Positions 37,784 through 47,795 of a stretch of DNA of 64,000 nt are shown here, piece by piece (within the stretch, counting starts at the first letter, position 1; each line of letters begins with the position of its first letter). This DNA comes from Hyphomonadaceae bacterium (GTDB lineage: Bacteria > Pseudomonadota > Alphaproteobacteria > Caulobacterales > Aquidulcibacteraceae): contig WRPI01000007.1 of the NCBI GenBank assembly GCA_009773395.1, positions 118,326 to 182,325 on the forward strand, read 5' to 3'. Under the pieces are notes generated by a model. It saw only the letters and a program-made list of their open reading frames with translations, searched no databases and had not been told where the DNA came from. The position numbers were made by a program, and so were the translations under genes.

Positions 37784-39359
37784 CCGCATCCTTGCCTTTG
37801 GCATCATCGCCAATCATGCAAACAGCGAACGAAACCATTGTCCCAATGCATAATTGCCACGGGAAAGCCAGTGTTTGCCAAAATTGTGGGTAATTAAGCG
37901 CACTGGCGATGGCTGGCTGCATCATAAAAATTGACAAAAACCCAACCAAAAGCGCGGCAATTACAGAAGTCGTTGACCCGCGATTGGTAAATATGGCGGT
38001 GAAATAAACCCCAAGCAAACCCGCATAAGCAAACGTCATCACGCCCAAGACAAATTGCAGAAGCGGAATGTCAGAACTGCTCTGCCAAACATATGAAAAC
38101 ACTGCCATTGCGAATAAAAACAACCCTACAATTGCCATGCCAATCCGACCAGCATCAACATAATGATGGGGTTTTGCAGGCTTGCGCTTTTCACGCCATG
38201 GTAAATAAAAGTCTTGTATCAAGACCGAAGACATTGAATTAAGCCCCGAATTCACAGTCGAAATCGCCGCTGACAATACACCAATCGTCGCAAGTGCTTT
38301 TAGGCCGACCGGGATTTGCGTAAGAATGAAATACATAAATACCGTGACATTTTGTCCCTTAAAACTGCCACTTGGAGCAATAGAAGTCGCGCCTTGCATC
38401 AAATCGGCGCGCGAATAAAATACATATAATAATTGGCCAATCGCGATAAATAAGCAGACAATTGGCAAGGTCAGAATCGCGGCGGTATAAAGACTTTTAG
38501 CACCGGTTTTGGCGTCTTTGGACGCGAGCAATCTTTGCGATATGTCCTGATCCAAACCGAAACTCGCAGTCGATAATAAGAACATGCCAGTCAAAATCGC
38601 CAGAAGCGAAAACGGTTTTGAAAAATCGACGGAAAAATCCACTAATTTGAGTTTATTAATGCCTTCAGGCGTATTTCTAAGTCCTTCAATAATTGCGCCA
38701 TAATCCGCCGGGATAAGCACCAATAAATAGATGAACGAACCAATCGCTGCACCGATATAAATGAAAAACAAAACCAAATCGGTCCACATAACCGAAGTTA
38801 GCCCACCGAAAAAGCTAATGATGAAACTCACAAATATAATTGCAAAGGCGGATACAATAATACCGTGCATTGAAACATCGCCAAATGTCATCATTGAAAC
38901 CGCAATCGCCGCCAAATAAATGCGTGAGCCTTCTGCCAAAACCCGACCCACAAGGAACATCGCACCCGCGGCTTGCATAGCCCCTTTGCCAAAGCGAATA
39001 TTCAATAATTCATAGACCGTATTGGCTTTTGCTTTATAAAAACGCGGAATTAAAACGAGGCCGACAAAAAGCGCCGCCAAAATGGTGCCAATATTGGTTC
39101 CTAAATAAGTAAAGTCACCACGAAAACCATAATCAGGCGCGCCAAGAAAAGTTGCGGCGGATTGCATAGTTGCAATTGTTGAAATCGCCGCAAGCCATGA
39201 AGGGACTTGCCCACCAGCGAGGAAGTAGTCCTTAGTATTCGCTGCATCACGGCGTTGGAAATAAATGCCAATGGCGATCAGAACGCCAATATAGCCAGCG
39301 ATAATAAGCCAATCCAGTGTTTGAAAACTTGGTGTCAATTTGCGCCCCTTTTTCCTCAA
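37773..39359 (-). CDS. Sodium:solute symporter (SSS family)
   Basis: DYFLAG, SAATFLGAP, TVYELLNIRFG, SVMWTD, DQDISQRLLA, SAAISTVNSGLNSMSS; about 13 TM segments. Start may be TTG 39338. Confidence 0.9.
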   Translation of the reverse strand: MRKKGRKLTPSFQTLDWLIIAGYIGVLIAIGIYFQRRDAANTKDYFLAGGQVPSWLAAISTIATMQSAATFLGAPDYGFRGDFTYLGTNIGTILAALFVGLVLIPRFYKAKANTVYELLNIRFGKGAMQAAGAMFLVGRVLAEGSRIYLAAIAVSMMTFGDVSMHGIIVSAFAIIFVSFIISFFGGLTSVMWTDLVLFFIYIGAAIGSFIYLLVLIPADYGAIIEGLRNTPEGINKLKLVDFSVDFSKPFSLLAILTGMFLLSTASFGLDQDISQRLLASKDAKTGAKSLYTAAILTLPIVCLFIAIGQLLYVFYSRADLMQGATSIAPSGSFKGQNVTVFMYFILTQIPVGLKALATIGVLSAAISTVNSGLNSMSSVLIQDFYLPWREKRKPAKPHHYVDAGRIGMAIVGLFLFAMAVFSYVWQSSSDIPLLQFVLGVMTFAYAGLLGVYFTAIFTNRGSTTSVIAALLVGFLSIFMMQPAIASALNYPQFWQTLAFPWQLCIGTMVSFAVCMIGDDAKGKDAVSA

Positions 39360-39432
39360 ACTATTATGACTGCATTGCGTTGAATGACAAGCGGGTTTTT
39401 GCTATGTTTCATTTGTCAAAAGGAACATCGCT

Positions 39433-40020
39433 GTGAACGAAGAAATCGAAAAGCTCTTGTCAGAATTAACAAAACTCGAAGGCCAAATTGAAGAAGCAAT
39501 TGACGCCAAAAGCGAGAAATTCTTTCAGGGCTTGAAAGGCGGCAAAGCGCAATTTGATGAAGCGACATTAAGCGCGCATCGCGCGGTCAAAACTGGTATT
39601 GACAAATATATTTTCAAAACCAATTTGGCGACATTATTATCCATTCCATTTGTTTATGGCATGATGGTGCCATTTGTGATTTTGGATTTGGGGCTGTTTA
39701 TTTATCAAATGACTTGCTTTAGTTTGTGGCAAATCCCCAAAATAAGGCGTTCTGATTTCATAATTATTGATCGGCAGTCGCTTGCCTATTTGAACATAAT
39801 AGAAAAAATAAATTGTGTTTTTTGCGGTTATGGCAATGGCTTGCTTGCATATGGGCATGAAATCGCCAGCGTTACCGAGCAATATTGGTGCCCAATTAAG
39901 CACGCAAAAAGACCCGCCGTCACCCATAAAAGATATAAGGATTTTCTCGCATTTGGTGACGCCGACGGCTTTAAGAAAAGCTCCGATCTTTATCGCCAAA
40001 AACTCAAACAAATCGAATAA
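39433..40020 (+). CDS. Conserved hypothetical membrane protein
   Basis: Coiled N-terminus, one hydrophobic stretch, and Cys/His motifs NCVFCGYGNG and YWCPIKH. Confidence 0.75.
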   Translation: MNEEIEKLLSELTKLEGQIEEAIDAKSEKFFQGLKGGKAQFDEATLSAHRAVKTGIDKYIFKTNLATLLSIPFVYGMMVPFVILDLGLFIYQMTCFSLWQIPKIRRSDFIIIDRQSLAYLNIIEKINCVFCGYGNGLLAYGHEIASVTEQYWCPIKHAKRPAVTHKRYKDFLAFGDADGFKKSSDLYRQKLKQIE

Positions 40021-40078
40021 AATTACCCAACCTTAACTTAATGCCATTATTACCAGTGCAATAATTGGGATTAAAAAT

Positions 40079-41005
40079 ATGGCGCAAGTTTTCACCGATG
40101 TTTTGGCAAGCATAAAAGCCAAAGGAAATATTGAAGCATTTGACGTATTAAAACTGCGTGAAACCACTTATCGCGACGGTTCGGCCATAATAAGTGAAGC
40201 GCAGGCAATTATGGACCTTCACAAAGCCTGCACAATCTTTCCCCAATATTGGCTTGATTTCTATTTTGAAGCGACGATTGATTTTGTGGTTCGCCAACAA
40301 GATCCGATGGGATATGTCGATGAGTTTAAGGCCAATTGGCTTTTGGATAATATTTCAAACCAAGGACGCGTTAATTCCCCTGCCGATTTAGAGCTCGTTA
40401 CTCGTATCATTGAAACTGCTGATGACGCGCCGGCAGCCGTTCGGGCTATGGCGCTTAATGAAATCGAACAAACCATTCTTAGTGGCAAAGGCGCAACCCG
40501 CAACGGCGAGAGCCAATCTGGTTCACATATCAATGACGCCGAAGTTGCTTATTTGCGGCGATTGATGTTTGCGCTTTCAAGTGGTGGCGCAGCGACGATT
40601 AGCGCGGACGAAGCCGAAGTTTTGTTTCGGATAAAAAATGCGTGTCTCGATGGCAATAATGCTGACACCTGGTTGGATTTTTTCGCCAAAGCCATTGGCA
40701 ATCACTTAAAGGCGCACAATTTTTATACCAAAATCTCGGCCGAAAAAGCCCAAGAGCGCGAAACTTTCCTGGAAAATACAAACAGCAATATTGGTGCGTT
40801 TTTATCGCGTGCTTTTGTTGGCGCCAAAAGCGCGATTGGCTCGGCCGACAGAAATGATATTTGGGACGAAAACCACGGCGCGGACGACATCGCTGAAAAT
40901 GAAAATATCAATAGCGTCGAAAATGCGTGGCTGAACCAAAAAATCGCAAGTGACGGCAAAACCGACAAATACGAACAAGCGGTGTTGGATTTCATTAAGA
41001 GCTAA
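40079..41005 (+). CDS. Hypothetical protein with an internal tandem repeat
   Basis: 308-aa ORF; two related segments (DVLKLR...EAQAIMDLHKAC...WLDFYFEATI and EVAYLRR...EAEVLFRIKNAC...WLDFFAKAI). Confidence 0.75.
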   Translation: MAQVFTDVLASIKAKGNIEAFDVLKLRETTYRDGSAIISEAQAIMDLHKACTIFPQYWLDFYFEATIDFVVRQQDPMGYVDEFKANWLLDNISNQGRVNSPADLELVTRIIETADDAPAAVRAMALNEIEQTILSGKGATRNGESQSGSHINDAEVAYLRRLMFALSSGGAATISADEAEVLFRIKNACLDGNNADTWLDFFAKAIGNHLKAHNFYTKISAEKAQERETFLENTNSNIGAFLSRAFVGAKSAIGSADRNDIWDENHGADDIAENENINSVENAWLNQKIASDGKTDKYEQAVLDFIKS

Positions 41006-42634
41006 TCAATTCGTCCAATAAACATATTCTTGGTTTTTGTCCCACGGCGTATTTAATGGCACATCGATGCGCACCGGTGCTTCAATTAGGCCGGGCCATT
41101 GCGGGTTCGCCATATTTGCGTTTTGCGCGACTATCAATGCCCTTAATTGGGCAACTTTTTCAGGATTAGATGCCGCGAGATTATTTTTTTCGGTCGGGTC
41201 ATCGCGCAAATTATAGAGCCAATCTTGGTTTGGCCTGTCTGCGATTTGCAGCTTCCAATCGCCTTCGCGCACGGCGCGATATCCACCCGAACGCCAGAAA
41301 AATACTTGGCGCGGCGGCCCGTTTCCGAGCAAATTGCGGCTATCTATAATCCTATCTTTTGGCGAAGAAGCGCCAGCAGCAGTTGCAATTGTTTCAAATA
41401 AATCCAAATGCCCAGCCAAATTCGCGTTAGTAGAATTGGGCGCGATTTTGCCTTTCCAGCGCATTAAAAGCGGAACCCTAATGCCACCTTCAAAGAAAGT
41501 TGCTTTCCAACCGCGATAGGGCCGATTGAGGTTCGGCAAGCCAGCATACCAAGCGCCGCCATTATCCGAAGTGAAAATCACCAACGTATTATCATCAATG
41601 CCGCTGTCTTTGAGCTTTTGCAAAATATCGCCAATTCGCCGATCCAATTGCCGCACCATCGCGCCATAGACTCGTTCAGTATGGTCAGTGATTTGCGGCA
41701 ATGCGTCATAATCCGCTTTGGTCGCCTGCAATGGTGTATGCACTGCATTATAGGCAAGATACATAAAAAACGGTCGCGCTTTGTTTGCTTCAATGGCCGC
41801 CAATGCATTATCGGTTAGATAGTCTGTCATATGGCCTTTTGGTTCAAATCTCTGGCCACCGTTAAATTGCACGGCATAGGGCAAATTGGGCCATAAAAAT
41901 CTGTCAATTGGATCCCAAGGCAATTTGGCATTTACAACATTTGCGTCGTTTTCACGCATGAATTTGCTCGCGCCTGCGCTGAATCCCAATGACTCGTCAA
42001 ACCCCTGCCCATGCGCAGAAATTTCCGCGGCCTCACCCAAATGCCATTTGCCAAGATGAATTGTCCGATAATCGCGGGTTTTGAGAAGCTCGGCGATTGT
42101 AATTTCCGAAGCAGGCACGCCCATTTGCTCGTAAGGCATCATATCCTTATCAAGTTCTTCATGGAATATTATCGGATAGGGCGACTTTGTATTGGCATGG
42201 CCAACTGTGCGCGCAAACGCTGACGGAACCGCCGTAAATTCAAAGCCAAAACGCGTTGGATAACGGCCCGTCATAATTGCAGCTCGTGACGGTGAGCAAG
42301 TCGCATTGGCAGCATAGCCATTGGTGAAACTGACGCCCTCGTTCGCGATTGAATTAATATTTGGCGTCGGCACGAGCCCGCCACCAACGCCACCGCCAAA
42401 AAGACTAATGTCATTCATGCCCAAATCATCGACAACAATAAGGATTATGTTCGGCGGGCGCGATTTTGCAAGCGGCGCATCGCTGGCCTGCTGCCAAACA
42501 ACTTCATGGTTTTCGGCGATTGGATTTTTGATATTAGCAATAATGCCGGGAATATAAATTTTATATTTTTGGAAACCCAAAAAGACCAATGCAATTGCAA
42601 CGACACCAATAATTATCCAAGCACTTTTTTTCAC
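41006..42634 (-). CDS. Sulfatase (Cys-type, formylglycine-dependent), N-terminal membrane anchor
   Basis: VDDLG, CSPSRAAIMTGRYP, GKWHLG, YNAVHTP, FTSDNG, EGGIRVP, LYNLRDDPTE. Confidence 0.95.
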   Translation of the reverse strand: MKKSAWIIIGVVAIALVFLGFQKYKIYIPGIIANIKNPIAENHEVVWQQASDAPLAKSRPPNIILIVVDDLGMNDISLFGGGVGGGLVPTPNINSIANEGVSFTNGYAANATCSPSRAAIMTGRYPTRFGFEFTAVPSAFARTVGHANTKSPYPIIFHEELDKDMMPYEQMGVPASEITIAELLKTRDYRTIHLGKWHLGEAAEISAHGQGFDESLGFSAGASKFMRENDANVVNAKLPWDPIDRFLWPNLPYAVQFNGGQRFEPKGHMTDYLTDNALAAIEANKARPFFMYLAYNAVHTPLQATKADYDALPQITDHTERVYGAMVRQLDRRIGDILQKLKDSGIDDNTLVIFTSDNGGAWYAGLPNLNRPYRGWKATFFEGGIRVPLLMRWKGKIAPNSTNANLAGHLDLFETIATAAGASSPKDRIIDSRNLLGNGPPRQVFFWRSGGYRAVREGDWKLQIADRPNQDWLYNLRDDPTEKNNLAASNPEKVAQLRALIVAQNANMANPQWPGLIEAPVRIDVPLNTPWDKNQEYVYWTN

Positions 42635-42646
42635 GGCACTAGACCC

Positions 42647-42889
42647 TCAATTGCTTTTTGGCGGAATTTGCGCTGCGCGTATTGCAGCTTGGCAGTTCGG
42701 CGATGTTTGACGCCGCTTGGCCAATAAACACGCGCGAATTTTTGTGCGGTCGCGGGTTGCTAGCTCGGGAGAGCACAATAGCCTTATGTCGGGCATGCAA
42801 ATATCGCGCACTTGCTGTGGCGACATTTGCGCATTTGCAGTTTGCGCAAAAAACACGAAGGCACAAATAAGCGAAAATCGTTTCATCAT
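42647..42889 (-). CDS. Small exported cysteine-rich protein
   Basis: Signal peptide, then CMPDIRLLC...RACL...SPNCQAA (four Cys). Confidence 0.7.
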   Translation of the reverse strand: MMKRFSLICAFVFFAQTANAQMSPQQVRDICMPDIRLLCSPELATRDRTKIRACLLAKRRQTSPNCQAAIRAAQIPPKSN

Positions 42890-42907
42890 AATTCCAGTTG
42901 CAAAGCA

Positions 42908-42928
42908 ATTGGCACTTAACATGCCAAT
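42908..42928. promoter_or_regulatory. Candidate TetR operator 1 (sulfatase module)
   Basis: ATTGGCA-CTTAACA-TGCCAAT in the divergent region upstream of tetR. Confidence 0.7.
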
Positions 42929-42974
42929 AAAAAAGCGCTAATGCCTTGATAGGAAAATAGCAATAGGTAAACAG

Positions 42975-43589
42975 ATGCAGTTGAACGAAATAAGCAAAAA
43001 AATTGCAAATGACAATGTAATCGACGGCCGCCGTGAATGTACACGCCTGGCACGCGAAAAAGTGGTTGCTGCATTGCTCGAGCTTGTCGGCGGCGGCAAT
43101 GTTGCACCAACTGCTGCCGAAGTTGTTGAAGTTGCAAGAGTTGGCCTGCGCTCGGTCTTCCGATATTTTGAGGATATGGACGCGCTTTATCGTGAAATGT
43201 CCGAAAAAATCGAGGCCAAAGTGTTGCCCAATGTGCTTGAACCCGCCATTGGCGCCACATGGAAGGAACGGCTGGTTCATATCGCAAGCAAGCGAGCAAA
43301 AGTTTTTGAACAAATTTTGCCATTTCGAATTTCAGCTAATCTTAAACGCTTTAGCTCGGAGTTTTTGATGGAAGATTATAGACGAATGCTGCGCCTCGAA
43401 AATGCGGGCATTGAAGCGCAATTGCCCGAACATATTTTACCCAACAGCACGGCTGCACATTGCATAAAGTCAGTGCTTAGTTTCCAAAATTGGCGACTTT
43501 TGCGGCACGACCAAGGATTGAGCGTAGCGCAAGCAAGCGAAGTAGTGCGCGAACTTTTGATTAATGTGCTCAAAGGAATTGACGATTAG
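42975..43589 (+). CDS. TetR/AcrR-family regulator
   Basis: DGRR...VVAALLELVGGG...TAAEVVEVARVGLRSVFRYFEDMDAL. Confidence 0.92.
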   Translation: MQLNEISKKIANDNVIDGRRECTRLAREKVVAALLELVGGGNVAPTAAEVVEVARVGLRSVFRYFEDMDALYREMSEKIEAKVLPNVLEPAIGATWKERLVHIASKRAKVFEQILPFRISANLKRFSSEFLMEDYRRMLRLENAGIEAQLPEHILPNSTAAHCIKSVLSFQNWRLLRHDQGLSVAQASEVVRELLINVLKGIDD

Positions 43590-43619
43590 CTTTTGAAGTT
43601 TGACCAGTGCAAAATATTA

Positions 43620-43636
43620 TGACATCATCGATGCCA
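43620..43636. promoter_or_regulatory. Candidate TetR operator 2
   Basis: TGACA-TCATCGA-TGCCA, 21 bp upstream of the DUF1330 start. Confidence 0.6.
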
Positions 43637-43656
43637 ATATTATGAAAGAGTGAGAA

Positions 43657-44064
43657 ATGCAAGTTTTAAACAAAGTGAATCCAAGTCCAAAACAGATGCA
43701 AGAATTTTTTGAAGGCAAAGATGAAGCTCCGTTTGTGATGATAAATCTTCTGAAATTCAAGCCACGCGCTGAATATGCTGATGGCGATCACGGCCTAAGC
43801 GGCTATGAAGCTTATGCAATATACGGCGCTGCGGTTTCAAAGCTAATCTGGGCTTTGGGTGGCAAAATGGGTTATAATGGGCAAGTCGATGGGCTTTTGC
43901 TTGGTGAGGTTGAAGAATTATGGGACGCAGTGGCGCTTGCGCAATATCCAAGCAAAGCCGCGATGTTAAAAATGGTGACTAGCCCCGAATATCGAGAGGC
44001 AGCAAAACACCGCGAAGCAGGCTTGGCGGGGCAATTAAATATTAGAACCAATGGAAGTTTGTAA
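43657..44064 (+). CDS. DUF1330 domain protein
   Basis: PFVMINLLKFK...GYEAYAIY...WDAVALAQYPS...HREAGL. Confidence 0.85.
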   Translation: MQVLNKVNPSPKQMQEFFEGKDEAPFVMINLLKFKPRAEYADGDHGLSGYEAYAIYGAAVSKLIWALGGKMGYNGQVDGLLLGEVEELWDAVALAQYPSKAAMLKMVTSPEYREAAKHREAGLAGQLNIRTNGSL

Positions 44065-44717
44065 TGGCTTTAGAATTTGATTTGTTTTGGTCGTTTCGCT
44101 CGCCATATTCTTATTTTGTGGTTAAGCGCCTTATCGAATTTGAAAAAATCTATGATGTGAAATGCAATGTGCGGATTGTTTACCCCATCGCAGTTAGAAA
44201 CCCTGAGTTTTTTGCAAATAATGATCCATTATGGGTGCAGTATTTTTGGCGCGATTGTTTTCGAACTGCGCAATATTTGGATATGCCATTCAAATGGCCG
44301 AACCCCGACCCAGTTGTTATGGATTTGGCAACTAGAACATATCCCAAAGAACAACCCTATATTTACAGGCTTTCGCATTTGGGCCAAGCGGCAGTTGAAG
44401 CTGGGCGCGGCCTTGAATTTATTGATGAAGTCAGCAGCTTGATTTGGGGCGGCATGACAGCCAATTGGCACGAAGGCGAACATTTGGCGGAGGCGACCGA
44501 GCGGGCTGGGCTTAATCTGTCAGAACTTGACGCTTTGGTTATGGCAAAATCGGACGAATATGATGCCACAATAAAAATAGCCCAAGATGCACAACGCGCG
44601 GGCGGCCATTATGGCGTGCCGCTTATGGTTTTTGGCGGCGAACCGTTTTTTGGCCAAGACCGCTTTGAACAACTAAAATGGCGAATGGAGCAAAAAGGCC
44701 TTACACAGCGGGTTTGA
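44064..44717 (+). CDS. 2-hydroxychromene-2-carboxylate isomerase / GST-kappa (DsbA superfamily)
   Basis: FWSFRSPYSY, PDPV, GHYGVP, EPFFGQDR. Confidence 0.88.
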   Translation: MALEFDLFWSFRSPYSYFVVKRLIEFEKIYDVKCNVRIVYPIAVRNPEFFANNDPLWVQYFWRDCFRTAQYLDMPFKWPNPDPVVMDLATRTYPKEQPYIYRLSHLGQAAVEAGRGLEFIDEVSSLIWGGMTANWHEGEHLAEATERAGLNLSELDALVMAKSDEYDATIKIAQDAQRAGGHYGVPLMVFGGEPFFGQDRFEQLKWRMEQKGLTQRV

Positions 44718-46505
44718 TTATTTGCGCTTGAAAAGCCGTTTAACGCCAAAGCCCAAGCCAATCAAAATCGCAATAATGCCGAGGATATAGGGCCAAAGTG
44801 CCAATAAACGCGGGATAAGCAACTCCTTAACGGCATTTGCTTGTATTTGTTTGGGCGCACTATATCCAGCGGGCATTGGCAGGACTTTTTCGGCTTTTGC
44901 AAATTCATCATATTTTGCCAACATCGCCGTAACTCTCTGCGGTTCTGCCGTCGACAAATCCGTGGTTTCGCCAGGGTCATTGTTTAAATTATAAAGTTGC
45001 CAATTGCCATTGCCATATGGCGGTAGATTTTTGACCAATTTCCAATCGCCTTCAAATAACACCGAATTACCAGACAATTCATAGCCCAAGGCTTCATCAC
45101 TTGCCCTAACAACTTCTTTTTGCCCGAACAACATTGGCACCAAACTATGGCCTGTAATAGGCTCCACCGATTTACCGTCAAAGCTGCCTTGATGCGGTGC
45201 AATCCCTGCTAGCTCGAGCAAAGTTGGAGCAATGTCGGTGACATAGGCAAACCCGTGTTTAATGGTGCCGGGCTCAATCTGAGGATTGCCGGGCCAAGAA
45301 ATCACCAAAGGCACACGAATGCCCCCTTCGCTCGCGCTAAATTTATAGCCGCGAAATGGCGCCGCTAAAGCACTGGCGAAACTGGCGCCAATCGCGGTTA
45401 GCGAGCCTTTTCGGCCTTGGCGTTCGAGGCTTTGATCATAATTCAAATTGGCATTAAATGTGGTAAAGTTGTTTGTATTCATCGGGTCAGTGGCTTCCGG
45501 GCCATTGTCCGACAGAAAAACAAATATCGTGTTTTCATACTCGCCACTTGCTTTTAGGTGCGCGACAAGGCGGCCAATTTCGCGATCCATTGCCGTTGCC
45601 ATGCCAGCATATGCCGCCATTGCCCCGATTCTTTGCTCTTTTTCCTCGGCGCTTAAACTATCCCAAGCAACATCTATTTTCACCATAGGGCGATTGGGCG
45701 CGACGAGCCCCTTGGCAACAATGCTATTTCGCCGTGAATGCCGAAGGGCGTCCCATCCATCTTTGTATTTGTCCGTATAATGAGCAATATCGGCATCATG
45801 CGCTTGAACCGGGATATGATTGGCCAAAAAATTGATTGACGCGAGGAAGGGCCTACCAGATTGCGCATCGCGGTCGATATATTCAATCATTTTATCGATG
45901 ATGAAACTTGATGAATAATAATTGGCAGGCAAATGCGCGGCCCGGCCATCTTCGGTCCAATCCGCATAATCATAAAGCAGCAAGTTTGGCTTATCTTCAA
46001 AATTATCGGCACCCGATTGTGAGAGCGCAAAAGCATGATCATAACCACGGCCAGTTGGCAATTTATCTGGCGTTTTGCCCAAATGCCATTTGCCAGTGAG
46101 ATAGGTGCGATAACCACCCGCTTGCAATTGCTGGGCAATGGTCACCACTCGGTTGTTTATTACTGCATCATAGCCTTCACGGCCTTGATGCTCGGGCGGG
46201 ATAGTTTCCGGCATATTGCCGAGCCCCGCGCGGTGATTACTAACCCCAGTTTGCAGCATGGCGCGGGTTGGCGAACATGAAGCCGCGACGTGGAAATTAG
46301 AAAACCTAACGCCGCGCATAGCCAAAGCATCAATATTCGGGGTTTCAATTTCGCCGCCAAAAGCCCCAACATCGGAAAAAGCCCAATCATCGGCCAATAA
46401 AAGAACCACATTTGGTTTGGCATTTGGCGCGCTTAAAGCAGATTGCGTCAAAAGCGGTAAAGCGCCCAAAATCATTGTCGATAAAATCAAAATTTTCTTG
46501 TTCAT
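44718..46505 (-). CDS. Arylsulfatase (Cys-type) with signal peptide and C-terminal TM anchor
   Basis: ADDWAFSDVGAFGGEIETPNID, CSPTRAMLQTG, GKWHLG, SDNG, EGGIRVP; C-terminal WPYILGIIAILIGLGFGVKR. Start ATG 46505. Confidence 0.95.
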   Translation of the reverse strand: MNKKILILSTMILGALPLLTQSALSAPNAKPNVVLLLADDWAFSDVGAFGGEIETPNIDALAMRGVRFSNFHVAASCSPTRAMLQTGVSNHRAGLGNMPETIPPEHQGREGYDAVINNRVVTIAQQLQAGGYRTYLTGKWHLGKTPDKLPTGRGYDHAFALSQSGADNFEDKPNLLLYDYADWTEDGRAAHLPANYYSSSFIIDKMIEYIDRDAQSGRPFLASINFLANHIPVQAHDADIAHYTDKYKDGWDALRHSRRNSIVAKGLVAPNRPMVKIDVAWDSLSAEEKEQRIGAMAAYAGMATAMDREIGRLVAHLKASGEYENTIFVFLSDNGPEATDPMNTNNFTTFNANLNYDQSLERQGRKGSLTAIGASFASALAAPFRGYKFSASEGGIRVPLVISWPGNPQIEPGTIKHGFAYVTDIAPTLLELAGIAPHQGSFDGKSVEPITGHSLVPMLFGQKEVVRASDEALGYELSGNSVLFEGDWKLVKNLPPYGNGNWQLYNLNNDPGETTDLSTAEPQRVTAMLAKYDEFAKAEKVLPMPAGYSAPKQIQANAVKELLIPRLLALWPYILGIIAILIGLGFGVKRLFKRK

Positions 46506-46548
46506 ATATTTGCCTTGCCTATTCCAAAAGCACATTAGCCAAATCTTT

Positions 46549-46565
46549 TGGCATTATCAATGCCA
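46549..46565. promoter_or_regulatory. Candidate TetR operator 3
   Basis: TGGCA-TTATCAA-TGCCA, 44 bp upstream of the arylsulfatase start. Confidence 0.7.
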
Positions 46566-46700
46566 TATTTTTGGGCGTGATACGATTGAAGCTAGAGATC
46601 ACAAATAACATGATTTGCAATGCACAATTCCGCGTTGTATTAGAGAATCCTAAAATAACAAATATCGTAAATTTAACAAAGCAAATGGCACAGCATTATC

Positions 46701-47483
46701 ATGATTAATCAAGCAATCGCCGCAATTGGCTCAGGTGCGCTGGTTGGATTCATATTAGGCCTAATTGGTGGAGGTGGGTCAATATTGGCAACGCCTTTGT
46801 TGTTATATGTTGTTGGCGTCACACAACCTCATATTGCAATTGGCACTGGCGCTTTGGCAGTTTCGGCGAACGCCTATGCCAATTTATTGGGTCATGCTCG
46901 CAAAGGCAATGTTTGGTGGCGGTGCGCCGCTGTCTTCGCAATTATTGGCACTATTGGGGCCTTGGCTGGTTCAACTATTGGCAAAGCCATGAACGGTCAG
47001 ATTCTAATGTTTATGTTTGGCTTTGTTATGATTATTGTCGGCATGATAATGCTAAAACCGCGAGCCGATTTTGGCGGCGAGGCCTGTGATATTGACGCGA
47101 AAATGTGCTTCAAAACTGCTGCGGTCGCGCTTCTGTCAGGGTTGGCATCAGGGTTTTTCGGAATTGGCGGTGGGTTTTTAATTGTCCCCGGGCTTATATT
47201 TGCCACCAGAATGCCAACCATAAACGCTGTGGGCACATCATTGTTGGCTGTCGGCACTTTTGGGTTGGCAACCGCAATAAATTACGCACTTGATGGAATG
47301 GTCGATTGGATTATTGCCGCGCAAATGATTGGCGGCGGCATTATTGGTGGTTATTTAGGGACATTGGCATCAAGCAAATTAGGCGCAAATAAAGACACTT
47401 TGAACCGCATTTTTGCGATATTGATTTTTATTGTCGCTGCCTATGTTTTGTATAAAAGCGGCGGACAAATTTTCAGCCGCTAA
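46701..47483 (+). CDS. Sulfite exporter TauE/SafE family
   Basis: GLIGGGGSILATP and GFFGIGGGFLIVP repeats, AVGTSL; about 8 TM segments. Confidence 0.92.
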   Translation: MINQAIAAIGSGALVGFILGLIGGGGSILATPLLLYVVGVTQPHIAIGTGALAVSANAYANLLGHARKGNVWWRCAAVFAIIGTIGALAGSTIGKAMNGQILMFMFGFVMIIVGMIMLKPRADFGGEACDIDAKMCFKTAAVALLSGLASGFFGIGGGFLIVPGLIFATRMPTINAVGTSLLAVGTFGLATAINYALDGMVDWIIAAQMIGGGIIGGYLGTLASSKLGANKDTLNRIFAILIFIVAAYVLYKSGGQIFSR

Positions 47484-47632
47484 AGCAATGGCTTTTAAGT
47501 TGAATCGATTTTGCTGGAAATCGGGCCAAAAGCTGAGTCTAAGTTTTTTGGTTGAAGCCAGATGAAATGCGCATGCGACTCATTAGCAATAGAAATAAGC
47601 ATGCCCAAAAAAATTTGCTTGGGAATGGTCTT

Positions 47633-47795
47633 AAGGACAAGTTTGCCTCAAGCCCATTCGGTAATTGTCCTTTCGCGCCCTAGGTTTTTGTCAAGACCGC
47701 GCTTTGCGCCCGAAGGCAAGCGTCTTGACAAAAATCTAGGGCGCAAACAAGCTTGATGAATGGTTTTGGGGAACAAGTTCCTCCATAAACCATTC
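47633..47795. repeat. Three consecutive hairpins including a ~77-bp palindrome
   Basis: AAGGACAA/TTGTCCTT (47633-47672); GCGCCCTAG-G-TTTTTGTCAAGAC.../...GTCTTGACAAAAA-T-CTAGGGCGC (47671-47747); GAATGGTTT.../...AAACCATTC (47758-47795). Confidence 0.7.

Noticed and set aside
41006-46505. Sulfatases as direct substrate suppliers for the sHdr system
   Set aside because: Sulfatases release sulfate, which sHdr cannot oxidise, and they carry a different operator motif. Adjacency alone is not evidence of one pathway.
46621-46680. ATTA-N8-RAAT operator upstream of tauE
   Set aside because: Only half-matches (CGTT-N8-GAAT; TCCT-N8-AAAT), too weak to count.
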